Positions 12,501 to 27,500 of a stretch of 64,000 bases of DNA are shown piece by piece (within the stretch, counting starts at the first letter, position 1; each line of letters begins with the position of its first letter). The position numbers and the translations under genes are program-made. The notes below the pieces were generated by a model. That model was not told where the DNA came from, ran no database searches, and saw nothing but the letters and a program-made list of their open reading frames with translations. Origin of the DNA: Owenia fusiformis (taxonomy: Eukaryota); assembly GCA_903813345.2 (NCBI GenBank), contig CAIIXF020000001.1, forward strand, positions 20,770,001-20,834,000, in the 5' to 3' direction.

Positions 12501-15500
12501 AGATGATATGAGATACATAGTCATTTACCACCAGAATAGTTTTACAATCCCAATTTTCGATTACTTTTACGCATAGAGTAGATTAAGCTTAAGAGAAGGT
12601 TCCTTTGACTCGCAGATCAATATTACCCCAAAACTGAATCCTTTATGAATTGTTTGTTGCTTTTGTTTTATAAAATATGAGGCAATTATATAAGATATAT
12701 AACATGTGAGCCCAAAACGATTACACATACATGAAAGCATTGTCACTGTTCCACAACTAGTTACTTTGACGGAACATCAATGTAACAAAATGGATGAACT
12801 TCCTGGATATGAGTTTTTTGTTTTTTTCGATTTAAACTTACGTATAAGTCATGTTGCGGATTATCATTTGGCACAAAGTTAAACAATATAGTCTAGCTTT
12901 TAGAAATGCTCTCAGTTTGGAATTTGATTTTTAGATAAAGCTGTAATTCATGCATTTTGACCATCGCTTTTGTTAAATTGACGTAAGTCGTCAAAGTAAC
13001 CTACATTGGTAAATATAACTCAGTTTCATCAATATAACAAAAGTGAGGTGCTTAATATATGAATTGCAACTTCATTTACAAATCAAATTCCAAATCGAAG
13101 AAACTTATTAAAATAAGACTATATTTTCTTGCTTTGTGCCAAATTATAATCTGCAACTTGACTTATAAGTAGATCTAAATTGAGAAAACAAAAAACACGT
13201 AACCAGGAAGTTCATCCATTTTGTTAAATTGACATTCCCTCAAAGTAACTAGTTGTGGAACAGTGATTGTGTAATACAGTAGGATTGAAATGTACAATGT
13301 TCATATTTTTAAAAAGATTGTACCATATTTTTTTTCTTATGGAAAAGTCAATTCCAAAATAAGATTCTAGTGTGAAATTTCAAAATGAGACTTCTGGCTT
13401 AGAAATCTAGTATTTGTAAGAAACATAGACATTTGAAAACAATAACTTTTACCTTTATATTTTTATTACATAACAGATCATAAAAGCTTCCTTAGTTCTT
13501 CTCTGTTTTATATACCAGGAACCTCAACTCTAGAATGCAAGCCTTAAATACAAGAAACCCCACAGGGAGAACAATTTTACGACGATTTAATTGAAAATCC
13601 CAAATGCAAAATCCCAAATGAAACATGTTGTGATTTGCAAACTAAACTCTAGGAATGTTCTATCTGTATATTCTCAGTTGCATCTAATTTAATTATAGTT
13701 CGTTTTACTTGACTGTTGAATATCAATATAGACATTTCTGTTACAATAGGGTATTAGAGATGAGCTTTGAAGGAAGAAATGCAATTAGAACGACTAGCTA
13801 GATTTGGCGGTGAAGCTATGGGGGAATACTTTGTCATCTCTTGAATTCATTATTCTACTTTTGTTATACCCGATAGAATCCTTTAATTCTTTATCAGAAT
13901 TTAATTTTTTTTGCATCTCATCAAAATATTTTATTTCAGAAAGAAGATGGAAATTATATTATTAACAAGTTCTGGAGCCTAATGATCTATACTGTTCTGG
14001 TTCATGAGAAGTTAAATGTAAAATACTAATATATAATCAACGTGGTAAACATAAAAATACAATGCCCAGAAAACCACTCTTTGGACATTAAAAGAGAGCT
14101 TCATCTAACAAGACTCTATGTGGAGTGCACTTAAACATCTAGAAATATTTCAAGTGCAAAAACAAATCTTGCCATTTATATTAATATTAGTTATGATTCC
14201 AAGTATTTATGGATGGTGTCAAATATGCAGATAGATGTAAGAATCATACATAACTATCAACATGTGTCACTGATCTATGTAAAGACCATAAATGTGACAT
14301 AGCCAACAACATGTATTTCAGATCCTTGTAAAGACCATGAATGTAGATAAACCAAACACATGTGTTAAAGATCCATGTAAAGACCATAAATGTGACATAG
14401 CCAACAACATGTATTTCAGATCCTTGTAAAGACCATAAATGTGATATAACCAACAAAATGTGTTACAGATCTATGTAAAGACCATAAATGTGACATAGCC
14501 AACAACATGTATTTCAGATCCTTGTAAAGACCATAAATGTAACACAAGCAACAACATATGTTACAGATCTATGTAAAGACCATAAATGTAACATAATCAA
14601 CAACATGTGTTACAGATCCATGTAAAGACCATAAATGTAACATAACAAACAACATATGTTACAGATCTATGTAAAGACCATAAATGTAACATAATCAATA
14701 ACACGTGTTACAGATCTATGTAAAGACCATAAATGTAACATAACCAACAACATGTGTTTCAGTTCCTTGTAAAGACCATGAATGTAATATAACCAACAAC
14801 ATGTGTTACAGATCCATGTAAAGACCATAAATGTAATATAACCAACAACATGTGTTACAGATCCTTGTAAAGACCATAAATGTAACATTACCAACAACAT
14901 GTGTTACAGATCCATGTAAAGACCATAAATGTAACATTACCAACAACATGTGTTACAGATCCATGTAAAGACCATAAATGTGACAATAACCAAGTATGTC
15001 AACTTGATGAGTCACGACGTCCTGTGTGTCGCTGCAGTGGTGCCTGCACTCAAGAATACAGGCCAGTCTGTGGTAGTGATGCCAACAGTTACAGTAACGA
15101 ATGTATGATGCACATGGCATCCTGTAAAGCACGGGTTGAGATTCGTGTACTTTACAGGGGAATATGCAGAGAAGGTGAGTTTATTGAAAGTAGCAATAAA
15201 ATTAAGTGTAATATCTAACTCTTTCAATATTGCATCAATTTATTTGTTAATTTACATGTTGTGGTGAAATTCTTTTGAAATCACTTTTGTATGTACTGTT
15301 CAACAATTTTCGGGAATTCTAAGAAATCTCATTGAATTTGCATTTGGACAATTTCTGAACTGTGGTGTCAGATCTTGTTGTAAATACAGCATGACAAATT
15401 AGCGCTCCCTGTCACTAAAGCTCCATTATTAATGTGGATGTTTTTACATATGGGAAAACCTAATGGATAGTGCCTATTTCTTGGAAATTGCTGAATACAT

Positions 15501-18500
15501 ACATGCCTGTAACTCTTGAAGATCTCCCCAATTTACATCATATGATCTCATCCAAAAATTATTTTCCAATTTGACGGATAGATTCTTATTTTCATTCTCA
15601 TGATGTTTATTGAGTTTTGCATTATTGGCCAAGTCTACTCAAAAGTGTGATCAAGAAATCACATCCGACAGCTTTGTATTGAGGAAATTGGCTAATCTAG
15701 TAAAGCTTCCTGATGGACCCTGACATCACACATCAATCATGTTGACCATCAGTAAAGATTGTCATATATCACCAAAGTCATGCTTTTAGCATATAAAATC
15801 CAGAAATGTGAGAAGGTTAATTTTTGTTCCCCATCGTGGAGACAAATATTCAATTAGAATACTAAGAAGTAGACAATCATTGAATAAGAGTTGAGTATTG
15901 ACATTATTTTTCAAAGATTTATAAATCCCTGTTCAAAGTTACCATGGTTATTCCACTTAATGTTATCATTTACAAGTAACCATGGTTATTCAAGTTACCA
16001 TTATAATTCACAAGTTACCATGGTTATTCCAGTTACCATTATAATTCACAAGTCACCATGGTTATTCCAGTTACCATTATTATTCACAAGTTACCATTGT
16101 TATTCAAGTTATCAAACAGTTTTCTTGATTAATGGTAGATGTGGGAGAGGCTAAATTCAAATCTTTTCCTATTGCAGACACAAATACTGGCTTCAACTAT
16201 GAAGCTGACATTGATATAATAAAAGATGAGTATTCACATGGCTGTTCACTTTTACCATGGTTAATCAGAGTCACCATGGTTATTCACATACATAAGTAGT
16301 AAACCATAGTAATTCACAGCAACTATGGTTTTTCAAGATTATGTCATATGTAAAGTTACCAAGCTTACTCACTGTTACCATCATTATTAGTATTTATACA
16401 TGTAGCAGGGCTCGCTATGCTACAATGGTTCCTCATCTGTGCTTCAATTGCATCATTTGAAAAATAAGAGAAAGGTGGAGCTCTGTTGTGTTCTAGTTTC
16501 ACACTTAGTCATTTCTTACACAAGGGCCTACTCAGATACAAAATATGTCAAGTTAATTCTTGAGGAATTGTGTGAATTAATCACTTTATGTGTATAAATA
16601 ATTAGATGCCAGCTCTAACTTTCTCTTCAATTCTCTACCTGAGTTCACATGCCAGCAGGCTCATTCAAGCTTATTTATGATATCCTTGAAAATCTCTGAC
16701 ATTTGCATGCATTCTTTATGAAAAGTATTAATTAACCCTGATTGTGTTGAATTATTCATTTTGCATCAATGCAGTATAGCTCTTCTGAGCTTCAGTGCCC
16801 CAATCATTGTAGTCTCATGGGTATAAATGCTCGTAAACAAAACACATCTCTCGATACACTATACACATTCATCATTACCAGACAGGCTATTTACCTCGTA
16901 CCTGGACTTTACAAATAACGTTCATGTTTATATCACACAAAATACCCCAAAATTTGTGTGTCCTATTATATTTCCCCAAAGGTTCCAAGATGTCCGTAAT
17001 ACCATAGTGGTGGATATTGAACACAGCATTTTGTTTCTTTGACGCCTTGGCTTCTTCCACTAATGTTATTTTCTATATGCCACTCTGAAAATGAGAAAAC
17101 ATTTATATCAATTATGAACATCCTATCTTTGCTTAATGAGGATAATAGAATTATTGAGGGGTTTTAATGGCCTTGGAAGTACTAATCTAGTACAGTAAAA
17201 CCTGTCCATTTGACAGGAACTGATATAAGCAAAAGTTAATTCTAATAATTTGTCCACAACCAGAGGGTTTTTACATTGTAAGGTTTTCAAATTTAGAGGT
17301 TTTGACATTATATGGAGTCAATGGTATATTTAATAGGAAACTGAAAACTTTCAGATAACAATGGAAAGATGTTCTTATAGAACTTACTGTATCATTATGT
17401 GTCAGGGCATTAAATTTTGGTCCTTGGCATGTGTCCTGTTCTAAAAGAATAAAGTGTACTTACAAAATGATATGCGAGCCAAGACTCAGGGGAAAGCCAT
17501 TAGCAAGGATGATACACTGGTAGCCTCTCATATAATATTTCTTTGCACTTTGGCCCCTTTGATTTTGGTGAATTCCTTCTCATCACAATTTTTTGATTTT
17601 TTTATATAAAGTAACTCTCATATCTTTTCTAAATGATATATTTAATGAAGAATGTGTTAACAGTATGTTTTATTTTTACCCAAAACAGGCAAAAATGCAT
17701 GTCAAGGAATGACATGTGACCCAATGGAGGAATGTCATGTCAACCGCAATGGGAAAGCAGAATGTCGATGTCCCCCAGAATGTGAGGCTATCATGCGGCC
17801 AGTATGTGGCTCAGATCTCAATACTTACGACAGTGAATGCGATCTAAAGCGTCAGTCTTGCATCACTAAGCGTCCAATCAGACTTAAGTTTATCGGCCCC
17901 TGTGGTAAGTTTACCTTTTATGGTCATTACCATGTTGGTTTTCTATGTCTTGATCTTTTGTTGCAATATTCATTGCTTCTGAGCTCTTTATTTACATTTT
18001 TATGAAAACTCCTTGTGCTTTTGAAATGTTTCATGTGATCTAAAATACACACTTCAAGCAAACAAAAAGATGGAGGAACAGGAAACACAGACTCACTATC
18101 TTTTCGTATTTGCTTTTTTCTTTCAAAATGTGCTATATTTACTGAATTATTTCAACTGCAATAGCTGTGTTAGTATGTTACAGATAATGTCTCCCAAAAC
18201 TATCATTTATTGTAGGTACTGCTTAATTATTTTTACTTTACACAATTAAAATAGCATTTTATCACACATTTTGGTAATAATAGTTGCTGTTTTGGACATT
18301 CCTGGGTCAAGTTAATTTCTAGTTTCTTGAATAATGGCTTTCTGTTTAATGATTAGTTTTGAACAAGATTTAGTTTGGATCAGATCTTGAGTGGCCTCTC
18401 AAAAGGTGTACATTGTGCACTGCATTTCACTTCAATTCAATTCCTTATCACGTATAATCTTTTGTATCGTCAAGTGGCACATAATTCCATATCATATAAA

Positions 18501-21500
18501 TCCAGATCTATTTTAATGAAACTTGTGTTTTAAGTCATATGAAATACCCAAGTGGGTTCCGTTATGGTATATTCACATGATATCATATGGTAAATATTCA
18601 TTATCATTTTCGAGAAAAAACCTATTAAGGCTGTTTTTGAATTGCTTTGTTAAGCTATTCCCATAGGGCTTGCTTTGAATTGTACCATTATATGCTCTCA
18701 AAACATAGTTAGTTAGTTTTGGCTTTCTCAACTAGATACAATTTTGTAATTTCATCTATGGCCCTATAACCCACACCATGCAAATTTGTATATGTTCCTC
18801 CAAAACTAAAATGACTTGGTTATAGTTAACTTTTTTGCAACTGTATCATATTGAGTAATCATTTTTGTGTTGATGTGAGTAACAGTTGTTCTGTTGATAC
18901 CTGCTTTACTCCTAAATATTTTGCTAACTATAAGGGGGAAGAGGTTGGCGGCTGCGTAAAGGTCGTAAAGGTAGAATAAGGTCCCATCTTGCCAGGCAGC
19001 AAAGCGGAAGCCTTACCAGAAAGTACATCTCCAAGTATAAAGGTATAAGCAGACGGCTCTGCAGGCACATATCACAAGATCAGCAACCCAAGAACCACAT
19101 AGATCACAGAATTTATTTGAATATATTAGATGCATCCTCGTTGTTGTAAACCATAATTCCACCTAAATTCTACTTTGTTTAGGAATGTGTAATGTAAGAG
19201 CTAATAATTAGCTATTATTAATCAACATATTTGATGAGATGAAGTTTGAATCAAAGAAAATCAGGAAAAAATCTCATCAATAATTTAAACAAAATATTAT
19301 TCTATTTTTTTTATCAAAACACTGTTTCACTGTCAGCCTGCATGTAGCAAGATTGTAGAGATAGTAATCTCAATGGGACCACGGACTATTGCAAGTGACA
19401 CATCTTACCCCAGGGCCCAGAGTCATCACTGCATACACATTTCAATATAAAATATGTGACATGCCAAATCAAAATTTGATATATTCTCCTGGCACTTCCT
19501 TCAAATTTTCTCATTGGCTATTTCATGTTGAACCAGTTAGCTACTAGCAATGTTACCAAATTCTATTTGAGTGGTAGTAATTCATCCACTGGGAACAGAG
19601 ATGATATGAGGCAATTTGAGTCACATGTCCTCTTGCATTCTACATGTCATAAGTAGGGAATATAGATGACATGTCTTACTTTAAACTGGAGTTTGTTATT
19701 CAAGTTGTCAATTTTTGTCACTTTATACTTTTACTGCACCATTTAACACTTCCCATTGTACTTCTTAATGTCTGTATCACCCATGTCACTGGTAGGATCA
19801 CTTGACGTCCAAGCAAATAGCCTATCCCTTTCTGTGTAGCATTCAATGATACATCCTTCTACGTTAATTATAAATGGTTTGGGGAAATGGACACCATTTT
19901 CCCAATGATTTTAGATAAACAAAACATATTGGAATCATTTCTCTGTCTGATAGAACAGAATGTGAATTTATTGTTATAAAATTGTCACACCTGGATCAGA
20001 TTTGGTTTCAATATACCACCGGTCTGTTCATAGACACATCTTCTTTTTTGTATCAAAGTGTTTAATGCTATTTTTGCTTGTGTATGAGACTATGAGTGGG
20101 TATGTATGCCAACACTACTGAGGATCTGGGAAGAATTGTTAATTCAAACCAGAAATGATAAATATATTTTCGATGTCATTGTATCAATGTTTGTCTTATT
20201 GTATTGATGTCATGTTGATTTTACTAATATCACTTATTTATTGATGTCATGTTTATTTTATTCTTACTAATGTCAACATGTTTTTTGACATTAAAATTAT
20301 ATTGATGTAACAATGTATGATGTCATGATATGTTTACAGGAGATGAAGGGCCATGCAGACATCACACATGTAACCATAATGCTATCTGTGTTGTAAGCAA
20401 GGGAAAGGCCACCTGTCAATGTCCATCGTGCCCCAGAGACTTTAGACCAGTAAGTTTGGTTTGGCTTTCAATATTGTGATTTTTTCAGTCAAATGAAGAT
20501 GATGGTTGTAATATTTATAGTTTCAAGTAAAACAATTTTGTTCATGAATATATTGACATTTATGGCCATGACAATTTAGCAAAAATAAGCCAATAAATTA
20601 GCAATGTAATTGTACGGGCCCGAAACCAGGATTTGCCAAGGGGGTTCACTTGCGACAATTTTGGTCCAAAAATGGCAAAAATCACTTAAAAAGTGCTCAG
20701 AATGGTGAAAACTGCATGTTTTTGAAAGATTTTTTGGCCAGGGGGTTCAATGAACCCATCGACCTCGCCCTGGCTACGGGCCTGTTGTATACATAATTTA
20801 TACGACAGTATTATTTCTTGTTTGAGTCACAATTTAGCAGTTTCGTACTCTGATTGGAACTCATTTACCTAATCTTGGGATTTTGGGGATTTGATTGAAA
20901 AGTGTTGTGAGGGTTTTTGATGTCTAAATTTCCCTACCTCATGGAATTTGATTAAATTTTGCTTTTAAATGCACTCATCAAATGCTCTAATTGTTGTAGG
21001 TGTGTGGCAGTGATGGAGTGACTTATGCCAATGAATGCAGATTGAAGTCTGCAGTGTGCGAGAACAAGAAGAAAATAACAGTGCGACACAGAGGAAGATG
21101 CAGTAAGTCATTATTATAAAATCTAACAGCAGACTTTTTAATTACAGCTTTATGATCAATGATTTAAAGTCATTGATTTTTTCTGCATTGTTTTCTCAGT
21201 TTTATTATTAATTAATCAAGTTAAGCTCCTGTGGGGTTTTGGTAACCAATACTTTGTTAATTTTGTTCAAAATACTATGAATTATATGAGGATTTAATTC
21301 AAATGAAGATTTAAAGCGAACAATTCCTATTTCACAAATGCAATACCAGGTCTACTTACAGTGACTTTTAATCAGCGTTGCAGTCATCATAACCTCATAG
21401 TGACCTCGAAATAAAAATATTATCTCGTTGCTTGGAACATTAAAGAATTCCTCTGAGCCCCATGAACAAGACATAAAACAAGTTTTACAATATCTTAAAT

Positions 21501-24500
21501 TGTCCATTACATGTTAATAATTTTTTCAATGTATACATGTAATAAAAAATTTAAATTTAAAAATGGCAAATATAAGGCCGATTAATCAGAAATTTTTCTT
21601 ATATTTTTGGGTTTGATCTAAGCAGTTTACCAATTCATTTTTAATATGTTCATTTGTGAGGAAAATAATATGCAAATTGTATATTTTAGTACAGTAAATT
21701 ATGTAAAATATATAACAAAGTGTTTAACATAGACTTTGGTAAGCTGAGCTTGTAAAGATATGAATAATCACCATCTGGCCAATGTTGTTCACAGATGTAA
21801 TAGCGCACAATAGTACTTTGTATAAAGAAAGTACATTCATCGTTTTGAGATATGAACCACAGCACAATTGTATCACAAAACACTAGGGATGTCAAAAGAA
21901 GCTTCATAATCACTAGGGGATGTCAAAAGAAGCTTTACAATCACTAGCGATGTCAAAAGATATATTATCATCACTAGGGATGTCAAAAGAAACTTTACGA
22001 TCACTAACGATGTCAAAAGATGCATCACAATCACTAGCGATGTCAAAAGATACATCACAATCACTTGGGATGTCAAAAGAAGCTTTACGATCACTAATGA
22101 TGTCAAAAGATGCATCACAATCACTAGCGATGTCAAAAGATACATCACAATCACTTGGGATGTCAAAAGAAGCTTTACGATCACTAGCGATGTCAAAAGG
22201 TCAATCACAATCACTAAGGATATCAAAAGGTACATTACACTAATCACTAGAGATGCCAAGAGAAATTTAAATGATCATGTTGGATTTAACACAAAAGAAT
22301 CACATTGGACTTATCACAAGGGATCACATAACAGCTACACATGCTTCATTCCTACATGGCTTGGCCTATTATCCTATTGTTCTCTGTTACCATGTTCTAG
22401 TGGTTCTGCTGTGGTTTCAGATAGGACAGTAGCATTCAAATCTATTGGAAGAAGCGTAAAGATGTCCTCAATTTTGCTGATGATGTCATGCATAATACAT
22501 TCTCTTGTATCAGTTGCCATGGAGATGACATCATAATGTCTGGAGTACTTTATGCACTAAGAACAAATATATTAATGTCATAAGGATAGTAGTTATTATA
22601 TGGATACAAGTAAGACTGGACTAATAACCAGATTTATATTGATAACATTCGACCAAGAACCCAAATATACTCGATTGGCTGGGATTCAAAATGCTGAACT
22701 AAGAATTTGTTTGACAGCATAAACCAAGGACCTATTGGTTAGAATATTAGGAGACTCGCATAACACTGACTTACATATTCAATAGACCTTTCCAATAAAT
22801 TCTGCCTCCCTTTTTTTAGATGAGGATAAGTTGGCTAGATTGATGATGTCATTGGTTGTTGCTAGCAGTCAGTCCAAGTAAAAATAGGATTTACTTATTT
22901 CTAATTTTTTTGAAAAGTACAACCTAAGACATCATCAATCTAGCCGATATAATTATAAGTTCTTTGATGTATTAAAAGGTGGCACAATTTACTGGAAAGG
23001 TCTATAAGCATGGATAGTACTTGACATTACCATGGCTGTATGGCAGTTAGACAATGTGGAAATAGAACCTTACGTTAAATCTAATTGCTGCGGACTTTAT
23101 GTATATACGAGATTGATTATATTAATAACTCTTTGATTAATATAATGTCATTTTTTATATGAATTAATCATTATTCTTGGACTTGAATAACCCCTTAAAG
23201 TTTTTTTTCACATTCCAATGTTGTGTCACTGTAATTTTCCAGACGTACATCAATGTAATGTTGTATTTATTAGATGAATAAAACATACAATGACTTAGAA
23301 ATTGATTCCCTTTCCACTATGATGTTAATAAATTGGTGTTTTACTAACCTCCTCTGAGAATGTGTACCGTAATTTTGGCACTCTCTTAATCATTTACCCA
23401 TTCACCATGAATAATAATGATTTGTTATATCAACAAACAATGTGAAAGCCAGCTACCAAGTTTATTCTTAATATTTCTTGTTCATGAGTATGTATGTACG
23501 AGGGTTGTCCTAGAAGTTTTTGGTTGACTCTTACCGGTAATCATAATTATTAAGTTGTACAAGGGCCATCTGAGAAGTTTCTGGATGGCTCTTAATCATT
23601 ATTAAATTGTACTAGATGTTTCTGGATTAATCTTCAGCATATAAGGGCTGTTCTAGAAAATCCTGGAAACTCATACTAATGAGAGTTGATCTAGAAGTTT
23701 TTAGAATCACTCTAAAAGTTTTTAGGAGTATTTTTCACATTGATTTAGTATAAACTGGAGTTGGAGTATCATCTTAATATTGTGGCACATGGTATCTTGT
23801 GTGAGATAATTGTAACTCAAATGAAATGAAGTTTTCCTTCAGGCACGTAGCCAGGGAGCAGTTGGATGGGTTTGAGCGAATCCCCCCCCCCCCAGCCAAA
23901 AATTCTTTCAAAATCATGCAGTTTTCCACCATTCTGAGCACTTTTTAAGTGATTTGGGCCATTTTTTTTGTTAAAAGTGAACCCCCCCTGGAACTTTTCA
24001 AAAAGTGACCCCCTTGGCAAATCCTGGCTACGGGCCTGTCCTTGATGGCTTGCTGTCAATTACAACTTAGGAGTTGATAGCAGTGATATCTTAAATTATT
24101 ACTTGATACCCCGAGACAAATTGTCAAAGACTTGTTTCAAATCTTTTCTTGTAATTTTATTGGCACATATATCTGATAAAAATATATTGGCCTGTCTAGA
24201 ATTGACATTCCTTGTCATAATTGTAATTCTTATGAGATCTTTGTCAATTTAAGAGTAATTAATTGAAATTCATTGAAATTTAACATTTGCTATTACATGT
24301 AAAATATATTATTATTGTATTTAGATATATTTTTGTTAGTCTAATATCTTTCTGTGACTTTCAGATGAATGTAAAGATGTGAAGTGTGACTATTATGGTA
24401 TATGTGAAACCAACAGTAAAGGACACACTTGTGTCTGTCCACAAAGTTGTGTCAGTGTAAGTTCACTGTGTATCTTATATATGGCTGTGGCAATGTAATT

Positions 24501-27500
24501 GAGGTTGTGATTCGTATTCATCTATGTGTCAAGTGCCAGATTAAATGTCTTGATTTTGAAATGAAATTACTAATTAGCCTAATGGTAAAAATTTATTTAG
24601 TGTTAATTTTGATGTATAAAAATCTCTAAAGTTGCAGAACTGGAATAATCCCACATTTAACATGGATACATCTTTCAGAAAAATACTTTCACAATTGTAA
24701 AACATCTAACAGATTGAATCCCTTTACTATTTGTTAGGTTGATGCAGCGGTGTGTGGAACAGATGGTAAGACATACCTGAATGAGTGTGAACTGAAGGTG
24801 GCCTCTTGCAAGATGAAACAGCTCATCAAAGTCAGCTCTAAGGGCTCATGTGGTAAGTGTAATGATCACACAGTACTCTCTGATTAAAGCCTCAGTCACA
24901 TTTCCTCTACGGCAGGCATACGGTATATTGAAAATATACATTGTACTGCGTATCCCTATATTTTATGCTGCATATTTCTCTCGATTTTGGGAAACTATAG
25001 CCACCATGTGGTTGCCATAGATGAAATGTGACTAAGATATTACATAGTGTTCATGTTCACTGGGAATGGACTGTGTTTTGATTTTCTCAATTCTTTCTGA
25101 TTGGTATACAGACAGATCCCAAACCAAAGAGTGTAGGTTTTGTAGAAGGTAAATAATGCTCAATAATATGACTTAAGTTAAATGTTACAGGTAAATTTCT
25201 GCCCAGATGTATATTTTTATGGAAGTATTCTTTAATTCAATTCAAGTAGATAAGATAATGTTATTTAAAATTTCAGATATGTGTGCCAATGTCAAATGTC
25301 GCTTTGGCTCTGAATGTGAGAAAGGAAAGTGTGTTTGCCCACAAGGCTGTCCCACAGACTACACACCTGTATGTGGTACTGACGGACAGACCTACAACAA
25401 CGAATGTGAAATGACGAGGTCTGCTTGTGAGAGCAACTTTGAGATCACGATCGAACATGAGGGCGAGTGCAATGAAGTCTCAGGCTCAGGTAAGGACCAT
25501 ATTAGGATGTTTTTCAAGACCATATATGGATGTTTGTCAAGACCATATAAGGGTGTTTGTCAAGATCACAAGAGGGTATACAATAAATTTAAAATAGAGA
25601 CAATTTCTATGATTAAAATACGAGAATAATTAAAATAAAGGAGGGGCCTTCCTCCTTTGAATGATGTCTATATTGCAATAAGTAACTTATGATATCTAGC
25701 TAACTTCAAATATCTTGTAACCATTTGAAATTGAAATATATTTATTTGGACTATTGTACTGAATGAGGCCATTGTTATTTTGTAACTCCAACTTGAATTA
25801 ATGGTGAGTTTCATTATAACAACAGCCAATGTCACAAAGTGAATACATATCTTAATGTCATGTCTCGTGATTAGTTGATGTAAATTTGCATGCTTCATTT
25901 TTTCTTTACTACAGTATAAAAAAGCTGCATGTTCAAATGTTTATGTCATTTGTGGGTCATTGGTTTTTTCCATATTAGTATAAGACATCCTATTTTCTAA
26001 GAACCTTTTTTCTCTTATATACTATTGTACACTGTGTCCTTGTCAAATGTATGTTTCATGTAAATATAAACTTGTGTCCTCTGCATTGTTCTATTCACAT
26101 TTTTTGTAGTTCAGTATGCTATCATGTAAATGAATTTCATGTGCATTAACTAACTGCTATTGGAAAACTAGAAAATGATCATTTTAAAGTGGTTTGTCAC
26201 ACCTAGAAACAAATAAAAGATAACTCATGTAAACTCTTAATCACAACATATTGATGTTCATAGCATTGTATCCATACATGTGTTGGCAATGTATTCATAC
26301 ATGTATACACATTGTAGGCATGCACTTGTTGACATGTTATTCATACCTGTGTTTACCATAATGTATATATACATGTTTTGAGATTGTTTCCACACATGTG
26401 TTGGCAATGTATCTATTCAATACAGCATTGTAGCTATACATATGTGGCTGACATTGTACCCAGACATGTATTTGGTATTGTATCTGTACATGTGTTTATA
26501 TTGTATCCATACATGTGTTGGCATTATGGATACAATAGTTTCTTACATGGATACAATCTAATGTTCTTGTGTGTCTCTTTCTTCCTTTCTATCTGTGCTG
26601 TATTATAAGACTAAACATGTAGATGCCTTACCAGGTAAACATCTATTGATCTTACTACAAATTAACTATTGAATCAACATTTACTAACTTCTACATTACA
26701 TTTATCACCACGTTCTCTTTCATGTAAATGCTTCTTTAAAACACTACTGGTCATAACATTGTTAGCTTTCTTATAGCTCAAGAATTTGGGGCCTAAATGT
26801 TGCCACGACAATAATTCACATAATACCCTTTGTTCTCATTCTACTTCATTACTAACTCTATAAAGCTTTGTAACATCTGACCCGTAGCCAGGGGGGTTCA
26901 GAGCTAACCATCTCTGGCCAAAAACCTTTTCAAAAGCATGCAATTTTCACCAGTCTTAGCGCTTTTCAAGTGATTTTGGTTTAAAATGGTCAAGTGTGAA
27001 CCTCCATGGATTCCCTTGGCAAAAGCTGGCTATGGGTCTGTGACTAATGACTAATGTAAATAATACCATTAACATCTAACATTCTCTTATATGTTTGGTA
27101 CTGTCTGGTGCCATTTTCTGAATTAAGCATGTGATGTGATACTTATTTATATTAAGGTTCAGGAGCTGGTATGTGTGACGAGACAACGTGTCAGTTTGGT
27201 GGAGAGTGTGACATGGATGCAGAGGACATTGTGTCAGTCTGTGTCTGTAACTTCAACTGTGAGGCCCTCAGGTAAATCATACCATATATACACTTTACAT
27301 CAGTTTCAAAAGTGTATATCAGTTACTCTGGTTCAGAGCCTGATTACTGGACTCTTAAGCCTCAGTCAGATTTGCCCTACAGCGCCCGTAGCTTCACAAA
27401 ATTGATATAGAAAATCTACATTGTACTGCAATCCCTATATTTTATGCTGCATATTTCTTTCTATTTTGGGAAGCTATGTGTATGGTAGTCGTAGATCAAA

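Noticed and set aside
14255-14984. CRISPR-like appearance of regular repeats
   Set aside because: Head-to-tail units with no unique spacers, eukaryotic intron context and no cas genes.
21873-22259. ORFs on both strands with 10-aa periodicity
   Set aside because: Artefacts of a stop-free 30-bp minisatellite; no splice signals link them to agrin.
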